A stretch of 64,000 bases of DNA from an uncultured Verrucomicrobiae bacterium (GCA_963765205.1 CAVXVB010000009.1:192001-256000); one strand, 5' to 3'; counted from the stretch's first letter, positions 30,846-39,985 are shown. Notes: a model not told the origin generated them from the sequence alone. A program made the numbers and translations.

Positions 30846-31475
30846 CTACTTCAAGGCCGCTTCATACCATTCGCCCACTTTGGCCCAGTTGGCCACGTTC
30901 CAAAACGCGGTGATGTAATCGGGCCGGCGGTTTTGGTATTTCAGGTAATAAGCGTGCTCCCAGACATCCAGGCCGAGGATGGGGTCGCCATAAACTTCGG
31001 CCACGCCTTTCATCAACGGGTTGTCCTGGTTCGGCGTCGAGGTGATGGCCAGCGATTTGTCCGCTTTGACCACGAGCCAAGCCCAACCGCTGCCAAAGCG
31101 CGTCGCCGCCGCTTTACCGAAAGCTTCCTTGAAGGCGTCAAAACTGCCAAAGGTCTTGGCGATGGCCTCGCCCACTGCGCCGGAGGGCGCGCCGCCGGCG
31201 TTCGGGCCGATGGCTTTCCAAAACAGCGAATGGTTGGCGTGGCCGCCCCCGTTGTTGCGCACCGCGCCGCGGATGGCTTCGGGCACCTTCGACAAGTCGC
31301 CAATCAGCTCATAAATGCATTCCGGCGCGGTGAGGCCGGCATCGGCCAGCGCCTTGTTCACATTCGTGATATAGGCGTTGTGGTGCTTCGTGTGGTGGAT
31401 TTCCATCGTGCGCGCGTCAATGTGCGGTTCGAGCGCGTCGTAGGCGTAGGGCAGGGCGGGCAGCGTGTAAGGCAT
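30846..31475 (-). CDS. sodA: Superoxide dismutase (Mn/Fe)
   Basis: [47 protein letters not shown]. Confidence 0.96.
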   Translation of the reverse strand: MPYTLPALPYAYDALEPHIDARTMEIHHTKHHNAYITNVNKALADAGLTAPECIYELIGDLSKVPEAIRGAVRNNGGGHANHSLFWKAIGPNAGGAPSGAVGEAIAKTFGSFDAFKEAFGKAAATRFGSGWAWLVVKADKSLAITSTPNQDNPLMKGVAEVYGDPILGLDVWEHAYYLKYQNRRPDYITAFWNVANWAKVGEWYEAALK

Positions 31476-31575
31476 GGCGATAATTGGGTTGAGGTTGGAA
31501 AGGTGGGAGGTGGGGAAGAGGCTGAGTCTCCTAACAAAAGCCGCTTTTGCCCCCGCGTCAACACCGCACCGTTAT

Positions 31576-32142
31576 TCATGGGTGGGGTCTTCGCCCACTG
31601 GGCGGCTCCAGCCACCAGCGATAAGGCACCGCCGCCCAGCGCGGCCCGGCATAATCCACGCCGATGCGCGGCCCGCGCCGCCGCCGCCAGCCTGCGGGAA
31701 TTTCCGCCGGGCCTTCGATCCATAAACCGGTGCTTTGCGAGCAGGGTTGTCCATCAAACTCCTTCGAGATTTGCAATGTCCGCGTCAACCGCCCCGGTCC
31801 CTTCGCTTCCTCGACCCCGCGCAGCAACACCGCCGCGGGATACCCCTCCGGGCCGGTGACCAGGTTGAGCATCCAATGCACGCCGTAACACAAATAAACA
31901 TACCACACCCCGGGCGGCCCGTACATCACCCGGTTGCGCGGCGTCGGCCCCCGCGCCGCGTGCGAAGCCCGGTCGCGCGGCCCGCAATACGCTTCGACCT
32001 CCATAATTCGCCAGCGCGTCACCACCCCATCCACCCCGCGCCGGCCCAACCACCGCCCCAGCAATTGTGGCGCGACCACCTGCGCCGGCTGGTGCCAAAG
32101 GTCGCTGATTTTTCCATTTTCCATCTTCCATTTTCCATTCAT
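31576..32142 (-). CDS. mpg: DNA-3-methyladenine glycosylase (MPG/AAG family)
   Basis: VAPQLLG, EVEAY, DRASHA, YVYLCYGVH, AAVLLRG, GPGRL, PRIGVDY; N-terminus encoded by a heptamer repeat. Confidence 0.9.
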   Translation of the reverse strand: MNGKWKMENGKISDLWHQPAQVVAPQLLGRWLGRRGVDGVVTRWRIMEVEAYCGPRDRASHAARGPTPRNRVMYGPPGVWYVYLCYGVHWMLNLVTGPEGYPAAVLLRGVEEAKGPGRLTRTLQISKEFDGQPCSQSTGLWIEGPAEIPAGWRRRRGPRIGVDYAGPRWAAVPYRWWLEPPSGRRPHP

Positions 32143-32706
32143 TTAGAAGTCTTTTTGTTTGGTATCTATGACCAATGTCACCGGCCCGTCGTTGGCTGCG
32201 CGGATGTCCATCATCGCGCCAAAGACGCCCGTGGGCACGGGCCGGCCCAGCGCGGTTTCGAGCGCGCGGTGCAGCCGTTCGAGATAGTCCTTCGCGAACT
32301 CCGGCGGCGCGGCGCGGTTGAAGGACGGGCGCGCGCCTTTCTTCAAGCTGCCGAACAGCGTGAACTGGCTGATGAGCAAAATCTGCCCGCCGGTTTCCGC
32401 GAGCGAAAGATTCATCCGCCCGGTCTCATCCTCGAATACGCGCAGCGCTGTCAGCTTGTTCGCCAGCCAGGCCACGTCTTCGTCCGTGTCCGCGCTCTCG
32501 ACGCCGACGAATGCCACCAGCCCCGGCCCAATCGCGCCGACGATTTTTCCCTCGACGGCGACCGAGGCTTCGGTGACCCGCTGGATGACGGCGCGCATGG
32601 AGGATAGGATAAATGGAAAATGGAAGATGGAAAATGGAAAAATCAAGCGAAGGCCAACAAGTTAGGGATGTCGTCTTTTTCCATCTTTCATCTTCCATTT
32701 TCCATT
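32107..32706. repeat. AATGGAA/GATGGAA heptamer repeat blocks: perfect 33-bp inverted pair at 32107-32139 and 32612-32644, third block at about 32677-32706
   Basis: GATTTTTCCATTTTCCATCTTCCATTTTCCATT versus AATGGAAAATGGAAGATGGAAAATGGAAAAATC. Confidence 0.92.
32143..32598 (-). CDS. dtd: D-aminoacyl-tRNA deacylase
   Basis: MRAVIQRV, SQFTL, TGVFGAMM, NDGPVT. Confidence 0.95.
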   Translation of the reverse strand: MRAVIQRVTEASVAVEGKIVGAIGPGLVAFVGVESADTDEDVAWLANKLTALRVFEDETGRMNLSLAETGGQILLISQFTLFGSLKKGARPSFNRAAPPEFAKDYLERLHRALETALGRPVPTGVFGAMMDIRAANDGPVTLVIDTKQKDF

Positions 32707-33589
32707 ACTTCAAAAATACCAGCCCCACCGCCACGAGCAGCAGCAGCGCCCCCGCCAGCCGCCGGACCATCACGCCCGCGCCCGCCGCGCGTTCCTGGTT
32801 GCCCATCCGCGGCCCGACCGCCCACACGAGCAGTATGCTCCACAACCCGCGCGTGCTGTAAACGACGTTCACGGCCGGGGCCTGGCCGTAATGGCCGAGC
32901 GTGAAGGCCATGCCCCCCGATTGCGCCGCGCAGAGGATGCTGCCCCCGACGGCCCACGGCCACGCCGCGCGCGGAATCGCCCGCAATGGCTCGCGGAAAA
33001 ACGGCATCAGCAAAAATGAGGACAGCGCCACGCCGGCAAACATCACCGCAGTATAACCCATCGTACCGATGGCTTGCGCGTGCATTTCGACGAGCAAATC
33101 ATTGAAGCCATACAACGCCGCCGACAAAACCGCCAGCATCGCCGTCAGCGCCAGCCGCTTGCGGTCGTGCCAGTTGGACATGCCCAGCAAAAACACCGCC
33201 CCCGCCGCCAGACACGCCGCAACCCACCACGTCCCCGGCATCAACCCCGCCCCCAGCAACACGGTAAAGAGCGCCACAAACACCACTTTGACGCCCATCG
33301 CTGGCGCCAGCACCGTCACGTCGCCCGTGCGCATCGCGAGGAAAAACAGCACTTGCCCGGCCGCATAGACCAAACTCGACAGCAGCGGCCACTCCAGCAG
33401 CGGCCAGGTCAGCGTGTGCGGCAACTGCGCCAGGCCGGGCAAGAATAAAAGCCCCGCCGCGACATTGTTCAAAAACGCGATGCGCAGCGGGCCAGTGCCA
33501 TGATCCATCGCGCGCTTGAGGATGATGCCGCCCAGGGCAAAGCCCCAGGACCACAGCAGCGGTTGCAGCAGGAAAAAGGGATGATCCAT
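32705..33589 (-). CDS. DMT/EamA-family transporter
   Basis: About ten TM segments, internal duplication, GDVTVLAP motif. Confidence 0.8.
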   Translation of the reverse strand: MDHPFFLLQPLLWSWGFALGGIILKRAMDHGTGPLRIAFLNNVAAGLLFLPGLAQLPHTLTWPLLEWPLLSSLVYAAGQVLFFLAMRTGDVTVLAPAMGVKVVFVALFTVLLGAGLMPGTWWVAACLAAGAVFLLGMSNWHDRKRLALTAMLAVLSAALYGFNDLLVEMHAQAIGTMGYTAVMFAGVALSSFLLMPFFREPLRAIPRAAWPWAVGGSILCAAQSGGMAFTLGHYGQAPAVNVVYSTRGLWSILLVWAVGPRMGNQERAAGAGVMVRRLAGALLLLVAVGLVFLK

Positions 33590-33624
33590 GAGCAGGTGCG
33601 ACCTCAGTTCTTTTTTTAAATTAA

Positions 33625-33714
33625 ACCACGGATGCCACGGATAGCACGGATAAAGCAATCGAAGCCACCGCCCTGCTCATGGAACGCATCCGTGGTATCC
33701 GTGTCATCCGTGGT
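33625..33714. repeat. Inverted pair of 9-bp-period tandem repeats (CACGGATNN family)
   Basis: ACCACGGATGCCACGGATAGCACGGAT ... ATCCGTGGTATCCGTGTCATCCGTGGT. Confidence 0.88.
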
Positions 33715-33741
33715 GGTCTTTTTTGAGGTTTAAAACCCGGC

Positions 33742-34668
33742 CTACGCGTTCAATTCATGCCGCAGCGCCGCTTCGAGGCCCGCGTGCGTCCAGGCAAAGC
33801 CCGCCTCCTCCAGCCGCCGCGGGCGCACGGCCAAATCCGCCAGCATCGTCTCGACCGCCATTTCGCCAAACATGAGTTTGAGCGCGAACGCCGGCACCGG
33901 GGCCTTCGCGGACTTGTTGATGATACGCCCAATCATTTCCGTCAGCTCGCGGTTCGTGCAGACGTGCGGCGAGACGACGTTGACCGGCCCGCGCGGCTCC
34001 GGCCGCCCGGCCAGGAACAGCAGCGCCGCGACGGCGTCGGTCAGGCCGATCCAGCTCACGCGCTGCGTGCCCGGCCCGGCCGGCCCCGCCATGCCCATGT
34101 TGAACACCTTCAACAATTGTTCGAGCGCCCCACCCTGCCGCGCCAGCACCACGCCGAACCGCGCGAACACCGTGCGCACGCCCGTCGCCACTGCCGGCGT
34201 CGCCGCCGCCTCCCACGCGCAACACACGTCTGTCAAAAATCCCTTGCCCGGCGCGGATGTTTCGTCCACCGGCTCGGCGCGCTGGAAGCCGTAATAACCA
34301 ATGGCCGACGCGCAGATAAACGCGCGCGGGCGCTGCGTCGGCGGCAGCGCCGCGATGCGCTCAGCCAGCAGGCGTGTCGAGAGTACCCGGCTGTCGTGGA
34401 TGGTCTTCTTGGACGCCAACGTCCACCGCTGCCCCACCGTCGCGCCCGCCAGATGCACGACGACGGCGATGTCCTCGAGCGCCTTGGCCGGAATTTCGCC
34501 CCGTTCGGGCTGCCACGTCAGCGTGTCCGGGCGCGGCTGGTGGGCGAGTTCGCGCACCTCGCCGCCCAGCGCGCGCCAATGCACCGCCAGCGCCCGGCCA
34601 ATGAGGCCCGAAGCGCCAGTCAGCAGCAAACGGCCGGGGGGAGGAGGAGTGGGGAGGGAGGCAGACAT
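33742..34668 (-). CDS. TIGR01777/YfcH-like NAD-dependent epimerase family oxidoreductase
   Basis: TGASGLIG, HLAGA..RWT, SRVLST, SAIGYYG, WEAAA, RFGVVL, P.RL...GF. Confidence 0.9.
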   Translation of the reverse strand: MSASLPTPPPPGRLLLTGASGLIGRALAVHWRALGGEVRELAHQPRPDTLTWQPERGEIPAKALEDIAVVVHLAGATVGQRWTLASKKTIHDSRVLSTRLLAERIAALPPTQRPRAFICASAIGYYGFQRAEPVDETSAPGKGFLTDVCCAWEAAATPAVATGVRTVFARFGVVLARQGGALEQLLKVFNMGMAGPAGPGTQRVSWIGLTDAVAALLFLAGRPEPRGPVNVVSPHVCTNRELTEMIGRIINKSAKAPVPAFALKLMFGEMAVETMLADLAVRPRRLEEAGFAWTHAGLEAALRHELNA

Positions 34669-35031
34669 AAAAGAAAAGAGCGAACAGCTTACGCAATCGC
34701 GCGACTTAAAGCAACGTCGGCATTTTTGCCTACTAACACCCCCAATTTCGCACCATAAAAACGTAATCCTCTTTACGTCCAACCTTTGGTTACATTAGGT
34801 CCAATATACTTGTCATAAACGCAACTGACATTTATTCTCCTCCAAAGAATGCGTCGTCCATAGAGCAACGTTTCCAGCCTTTGGAATTCCATTTATTGCG
34901 ATCCGCCTAAGGCCAGCCAAAATCATTCTGGCACATAGGCAAATTCATTTTTCGATTGTGCATTCGGAAATTACCTCGAATCTTGTCAAGAATATCGGCT
35001 CATCCCTCCAAAAAAGAGGGTTCCTTTCCGA

Positions 35032-35060
35032 TTGCCTTAACGCGCCAATCCGCCTAATCT
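35032..35060 (+). promoter_or_regulatory. Putative sigma70 promoter of rnpB
   Basis: TTGCCT-N17-TAATCT ending 7 nt before the rnpB P1 helix. Confidence 0.55.
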
Positions 35061-35067
35061 CTCCTTT

Positions 35068-35486
35068 CCAGTTCCCGGGGATGTTCATTCGCTCGCCATC
35101 GCCCCGGCGGTGGCGGGAGGAAAGTCCGGACACCATAGGGCAGGATTCCCTTCGAAAGGGGGGGCGTCCCGCATAACGCGGGACGACGGAAAGTGTCACA
35201 GAAAATCAAACCGCCCAAGCCGCGCGCAAGCGCGGACGGCAAGGCTGCAAAGGCGGGGTAAGAGCCCACCGCTCCGACGGCAACTGCGGAGGCATGACAA
35301 ACCCAATCCGGTGCAAGACCAAATAGGGGACCAGGCGGCCCGACCAACGGTCCCGGGTTAGTCGCACGACGCGCAAGCGCGACCGCCGGTTTCGCAAGGA
35401 GCCGGCGGCAGAGAAATGAATGAGCGGCGGGAGTGCCGCGAGGCGCCCGCCAGAACAAAATCCGGCTTACGACCCCTGGGAACTGG
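35068..35486 (+). ncRNA. rnpB: RNase P RNA (type A)
   Basis: GAGGAAAGTCCGG and ACAAAATCCGGCTTA (P4); AGTGTCACAGAAA; GGTAAGAG; GCAAGACCAAATAG; terminal P1 CCAGTTCCCGGGG/CCCCTGGGAACTGG. Confidence 0.96.
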
Positions 35487-35494
35487 TTTCTTTG

Positions 35495-35612
35495 TAGAAG
35501 CTAGGAGCTAGAAGTTAGGAGTTAGAAATTGGAAACTAAGAGTTGGAAGTTTAAATTGGTGGTGTAACTTCTTGTGTTTGGTCCTTCTAACTTCCAGCTT
35601 CTAACCTCTACC
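35495..35612. repeat. Inverted pair of TAGAAGT/TAGGAGT-type heptamer tandem repeats between rnpB and the EVE gene
   Basis: TAGAAGCTAGGAGCTAGAAGTTAGGAGTTAGAA... and CTTCTAACTTCCAGCTTCTAACCTCTA. Confidence 0.8.
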
Positions 35613-35623
35613 TTCTCTCCCTC

Positions 35624-36085
35624 ATGCAGCATTGGCTAATGAAATCCGAGCCGGACGTTTTTTCGCTCGCGCACTTGCAAAAACGCCCCGGCGGCGTCGC
35701 GCCGTGGGACGGCGTGCGCAATTACCAGGCGCGCAATTTTATGCGCGCCATGCGCGTCGGCGACCTGGTGTTGTTTTATCATTCGAGTTGTGAAATCCCC
35801 GGTGTTGCCGGCCTCGTCGAAGTCGTCGGCGCCGCGCGGCCCGACGAAACGCAGTTCGACCCGCAGTCCGAATTCTATGACCCCGGCGCGAAACGCGATA
35901 ATCCCCGCTGGTCGCTGGTGGACGTGCGCTACGTCGCCACCTTCCCGCAATTCGTGCCGCTCACCACCCTGCGCGCGCAACCCGCGCTAAAAAAAATGCG
36001 TCTTCTTGCCCCCGGCAACCGCCTCTCCGTCCTCCCCGTCACCCCCGCCGAATTCAAACGCATCTGCCAACTCGGCCAAGGGTAG
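35624..36085 (+). CDS. EVE domain protein (THYN1-like)
   Basis: WLMKSEP, WDGVRNYQARNFMR, GDLVLFYHS, RLSVLPV. Confidence 0.94.
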   Translation: MQHWLMKSEPDVFSLAHLQKRPGGVAPWDGVRNYQARNFMRAMRVGDLVLFYHSSCEIPGVAGLVEVVGAARPDETQFDPQSEFYDPGAKRDNPRWSLVDVRYVATFPQFVPLTTLRAQPALKKMRLLAPGNRLSVLPVTPAEFKRICQLGQG

Positions 36086-36137
36086 GGTGCTTTTCATAAT
36101 TCATAAATCCGAACCCATAATTCATCATTTAAAAAAG

Positions 36138-36211
36138 CGGGGGCGGAGGGACTCGAACCCCCGACCAGCAGTTTAGAAAACTGCTGCTCTATCCGCCTGA
36201 GCTACGCCCCC
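36138..36211 (-). tRNA. tRNA-Arg (anticodon TCT), no encoded CCA
   Basis: GGGGGCGTAGCTCAGGCGGATAGAGCAGCAGTTTTCTAAACTGCTGGTCGGGGGTTCGAGTCCCTCCGCCCCCG folds into a cloverleaf. Confidence 0.95.
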
Positions 36212-36267
36212 AAGTTATTATCAGTAAAATAGTTACAACTATCTTCAATGCTCCATAAAATAGGTGT

Positions 36268-36291
36268 TGTAACCCGTTTGTGTAACCCGGT
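36268..36291 (+). repeat. Putative integrase arm-type binding site (left)
   Basis: TGTAACCCGTTTGTGTAACCCGGT, identical to 39986-40009. Confidence 0.8.
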
Positions 36292-36302
36292 AGTATCTGG
36301 GC

Positions 36303-37382
36303 ATGAATTCGACACAAAATCCCCCTGCCCGGTCTGCGGGCCGGACATATTCAAAGGTAGCCGAATGCCTGTATCGGTGTGACACATCAGGTGTCTATTA
36401 TGCTCTGCTGAAAAAGAGCGGCAAGCAAATCCGCCGCTCCCTCAAGACCGACGACCGGAAGCTGGCGGAGCGTAACCTTGCCGAGTTCAAGGAGAAGGTG
36501 AGCCGTCTCGACCTTAGCCAGGGTAAGAATCGGATCACCTTCGGCGAACTAGCCACCCTATGCATGAACACCTGGCGGGCCCGTCTCAAGCCCCGGTCGG
36601 CCGAAAGTCGGGAAAACAGCATCAACCAACTGCGCCCCTATTTCGGGGCGATGCCCGTCCGCAGTATAACCCGCCTGCAATGCGAGCAATGGGCAGAGCA
36701 ACGCAGCCCGCAAGTCGCGGCCTCAACCTTTAATTGCGATCTTGAGTCGTTGCGGGCCATCCTGGACTACGCCCAGCGCGAAGGGCTGATCATGGACAAC
36801 CCCGCCCAGGTCATTGTTCGCCGGCGCATGGGCAAGGTCGCCATCGTCATCCCTACCCGCGAGCAATTCACAGCCTTGGTGACCACGCTACGTGGTCTGG
36901 ACGTGCGCTATATCGCCGCGGCCGATTTGGTGGAACTATTGGCCTACTCGGGGATGCGCAAGGCGGAAGCCAACGCATTCCGTTTGGCCGACGTTGATTT
37001 CAAGCGCGGCAGCTTCACGGTCACTGGCGGCGAATACGGCACCAAGAACCATGAAGCCCGCGTCGTGCCCCTGTTCCCGGTGCTGCAATCCTTCTTGGAG
37101 CGCCTCCAGGCCGAAAGCCCGCGCCCGTTTGAAAAACCCTTGGTCTCCATCCTGGACGCCAAGAAAGCCTTGGAAACGGCTTGCAAGCTCAACGGGTTTC
37201 CCCACTTTACCCATCATAGTATGCGTCATTTCTTCGTCAGCAACTGCCTCGAAAAAGGCGTGGACTTCAAAACCCTCGCCGCTTGGGTTGGCCACAAGGA
37301 CGGCGGCTTGCTCGTCGCCAAAACCTATGGCCACCTGCGCGACACCCACTCTTACGAAATGGCGAAAAGGATAACGCTATGA
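36303..37382 (+). CDS. Tyrosine recombinase / integrase
   Basis: LAYSGMRKAE (R), TKN (K), HSMRH (HxxR), WVGHKD, KTYGH (Y); N-terminal arm-binding-like domain. Confidence 0.95.
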   Translation: MNSTQNPPARSAGRTYSKVAECLYRCDTSGVYYALLKKSGKQIRRSLKTDDRKLAERNLAEFKEKVSRLDLSQGKNRITFGELATLCMNTWRARLKPRSAESRENSINQLRPYFGAMPVRSITRLQCEQWAEQRSPQVAASTFNCDLESLRAILDYAQREGLIMDNPAQVIVRRRMGKVAIVIPTREQFTALVTTLRGLDVRYIAAADLVELLAYSGMRKAEANAFRLADVDFKRGSFTVTGGEYGTKNHEARVVPLFPVLQSFLERLQAESPRPFEKPLVSILDAKKALETACKLNGFPHFTHHSMRHFFVSNCLEKGVDFKTLAAWVGHKDGGLLVAKTYGHLRDTHSYEMAKRITL

Positions 37383-39061
37383 AACTTAATGAGCCAACGA
37401 AGGAAGAAAAAAACTGAAAGGAAATCGCTTTTTTGGGGTTGCCGGGGTCGGGAGGTGGGGGTTAAGGGGGAGGGGAAGCATGCCCCCATTAGCCCCCCAT
37501 CATAGACGAGGAATAGACCGTCTGAGCGGGGTAGGGCCAGGGGTTGCCAGGATTGTTCCTGGCTTTCCTCGGCTGCTGGCGACTCTACGCCTACCTTTTC
37601 GCAATCTGCACTAGAATAGCTGACACTGCGTTCACGAGGAGCCTTGTTGAGTCGGCGGTCGGGCAAGCCGACCAATTCCATGCCGGGTTCAAATTCCACG
37701 ATGCGCGCGTCCCAGGTGTCCACGCCCCAGAGGATGGTTTTGATGGGCAGCGGCGGGGCGTGGGCGGGGGGGAGGGCGCTGATGCCTTCCCAGAGGCCGA
37801 GGCGGGTGAGCCAGTCGCGGATGGCGGCGGGTTTTTTGATGAGGCCAACATTGCGCATGAGGCCGCCGCAACAGGGGCAGCGCAGCGGGTCGGCGCCCCA
37901 CACGCGGATGACGAGCGCGCGCCAGGTGCGGCGGCGTCCCTCATCCCGCAGGCGGGATTCGGGATCACTCCCGGCTTCACGACTCCCAGCGCCAGCGCTG
38001 GGGTCGGAAGCCTGGGTGAGGTACGGTGGCGCAAATGGAGTCTTACGGGCCAGACCCCGGCACTTGTTGCTGTAGCGGCCATAGTAACGGATCAGTTGGT
38101 TGGATTTTTCGGGAATATGCTCGGCGAGGGCGGCGATGAAGTCGGCCCCGGCAAAGATTTCATAGTTGCGCTTGGTATGCCAACTGCGCGCGGAGCGATA
38201 GAGGACGGTGCGGGTGGCGGGGTTCCAGTGCATCTTGTCCAGCGCGAGCGGGGCGCGCAGGAGGTATTCGGCCAGTCGCTGGCGGCCGGCCGCATCGTCG
38301 GCGGCCAAGGGCGCTTCCCCGACATCCACCTGAAAGCCGCTATGCCGCCAGGACAGGAAGCGGTGCGCCTGCCAGGCTTCGATGATGCCGGTGTCCACGA
38401 ACCGGCACAGGATGGCGTGGCGAAAGAGTTCGGCGAGGTCGGCTGCGCCGCCGCTCGGTGCGAGGTGAAAGGCGCCGGTTTGGTCGAACACCCCGTTGGC
38501 CGCGAGGATATGCAGGTGCGGATGAAAGACCAGGTAATCGCCAAAGGTGTGCAGACCCGCGATGGCGGCAATTTGGCCGGAGGGCTGGCCAGTGCGTTCG
38601 CGGAACCAGATCAGCAGGCTCTCGTGCGCGGCGGCGAAGAGCAAGGCGAGGTGCTCGCGCTTGCGCCGGAAGGGCCAGCGCAGGGCGCGGGGCACGGTCA
38701 GGACGATCTGCCGGTGCGGCGCGGGCGCGCAGATTTCGCGGGCAATAATGTGGGCGGCGTCCACGCTGCGGCGTTGATGGCAGGACGGGCAGGCGCCGCG
38801 TTTCTTGCAGGTAAAGGGCAGCAGGTATTCGTGGGCACAATCGGCGCAGCGGATGCGGGCAAAGCCCTGGGCCAGGTCGCCGCAACGCAGAAAGGCGCGC
38901 AGGCTGGGCGACACGACCGAGCGCAACGGGCCAGAGGCTTCCTCGTAGCGCGTGGGATAATTGGCCAGGAAATCACCAAGACAGGCGTGCAGGCATTGCC
39001 ACCAAGGCGAAGCCCGCGGTCGTCTGGCGCGATAGCTGGCACTCATCCCATAAGTGAACAA
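37352..39061 (-). CDS. IS91-family-like (Y2 HUH, rolling-circle) transposase with N-terminal Zn-binding domain and extended C-terminus
   Basis: FLRCG..GFARIRC..C..LPFTCKKRGACPSC; HRQIVLTVP; HTFG..L.FHPHLH (HUH); WRHSGF; YLLRAP; RYYGRYSN; DPLRCPCCGG; start may be 39043. Confidence 0.88.
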   Translation of the reverse strand: MFTYGMSASYRARRPRASPWWQCLHACLGDFLANYPTRYEEASGPLRSVVSPSLRAFLRCGDLAQGFARIRCADCAHEYLLPFTCKKRGACPSCHQRRSVDAAHIIAREICAPAPHRQIVLTVPRALRWPFRRKREHLALLFAAAHESLLIWFRERTGQPSGQIAAIAGLHTFGDYLVFHPHLHILAANGVFDQTGAFHLAPSGGAADLAELFRHAILCRFVDTGIIEAWQAHRFLSWRHSGFQVDVGEAPLAADDAAGRQRLAEYLLRAPLALDKMHWNPATRTVLYRSARSWHTKRNYEIFAGADFIAALAEHIPEKSNQLIRYYGRYSNKCRGLARKTPFAPPYLTQASDPSAGAGSREAGSDPESRLRDEGRRRTWRALVIRVWGADPLRCPCCGGLMRNVGLIKKPAAIRDWLTRLGLWEGISALPPAHAPPLPIKTILWGVDTWDARIVEFEPGMELVGLPDRRLNKAPRERSVSYSSADCEKVGVESPAAEESQEQSWQPLALPRSDGLFLVYDGGLMGACFPSPLTPTSRPRQPQKSDFLSVFFFLRWLIKFHSVILFAIS

Positions 39062-39140
39062 TTGAGCATATCATGAATCAAGCAGGAGTTATTCACAAAG
39101 AATCGCGCGTGGGGCCAGGCATCCACTCTCGGCAATTTCC

Positions 39141-39638
39141 TCAAAGCACCGGCAGTCCGCAGGCGGCAAGGGACAGATTCAAGATGGCCGGGGCAATATA
39201 GACGCCTTTGATCAACATTTGGGCGTACGTGGCGCGGAGGTCGAGGACGAGCTTTCTGCGATGGGCCAATTCCAGGATGCCGACACAGCCAATGACGTTG
39301 AGTTGGTGGTTCGTGGCCAGTTGACGGGCTGCGCGTTCGTCAAGAATAACCCAATCCGCCGCCAAGGCCTTGGCCAGGGCTATCGTCGCCAGCTCACCAG
39401 ACCCTAAGCTGGCCTGGCTACGCCAAGAGGCCATATCGGCGTGAGACAATGCGGGATGAACTTCAATCCACTTCGCCGCCTTTATCGCTGCTGCGGCCGG
39501 CCGACCGGCCCCGACAATGACAACTTCCTCATAGACCTCGCTGGACACCTGGACGGTGCCAAAGAGGGCCGGCAGCAAATCGAGCCGGTCAATTCGCCCC
39601 AAAATGATGAGGGGAGAAGCATTGGAGACAACCTTCAC
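39141..39638 (-). CDS. PIN-domain DUF3368 protein (putative toxin)
   Basis: VVSNASPLI, VYEEV, LGSGELATI, ILDERAAR, IGCVGIL. Confidence 0.88.
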   Translation of the reverse strand: MKVVSNASPLIILGRIDRLDLLPALFGTVQVSSEVYEEVVIVGAGRPAAAAIKAAKWIEVHPALSHADMASWRSQASLGSGELATIALAKALAADWVILDERAARQLATNHQLNVIGCVGILELAHRRKLVLDLRATYAQMLIKGVYIAPAILNLSLAACGLPVL

Positions 39639-39895
39639 TGAGCGAGTTCACGAGCCGCTTGGTGGTCGTCACGCCAATCCGAGGCCGTATAATGCAGGGG
39701 TATGGCCCGCTCGGCGGTCAGCGTCATGAAGTCCTCCAAGGCCATGCCGGCGAGTTCGGCAGCTTTGCCCAGGGAGACGCGCTCTTCGCGGAAAAGCTCA
39801 AGCACGATGAGCTTGGCAGCCTGGGCGGGCACCGCCCCGGGCATTTCTGCCAACTCAAATAACTCGGCTGAGAGGTCTACGTGAACTGTTGACAT
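39635..39895 (-). CDS. UPF0175-family protein (putative antitoxin)
   Basis: LFREERVSLGKAAELAGM..EDFM; stop overlaps the start of the DUF3368 gene. Confidence 0.85.
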   Translation of the reverse strand: MSTVHVDLSAELFELAEMPGAVPAQAAKLIVLELFREERVSLGKAAELAGMALEDFMTLTAERAIPLHYTASDWRDDHQAARELAQ

Positions 39896-39985
39896 GGGTT
39901 GGAAGGTAACACCAGCCGGGCTGGCAGGCAATCATGGAATCAAGGCCCGGGCAAAGCGCAATTTTCCTGACTCGGTTTCTAAATG

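Noticed and set aside
34700..35030. AT-rich intergenic stretch with LacI-like half sites (GCAACGTTTC)
   Set aside because: No regulator or sugar operon adjacent and no clear full palindrome; insufficient evidence
35054..35458. ORFs of 63-134 aa overlapping 35054-35458
   Set aside because: They overlap the RNase P RNA and have no protein-like features
37544..39076. 510-aa plus-strand ORF and other long antisense ORFs (e.g. 2287-3498, 12802-14151, 16400-17761, 24437-25681, 61782-62954)
   Set aside because: Antisense shadows of well-supported genes, expected in high-GC3 DNA
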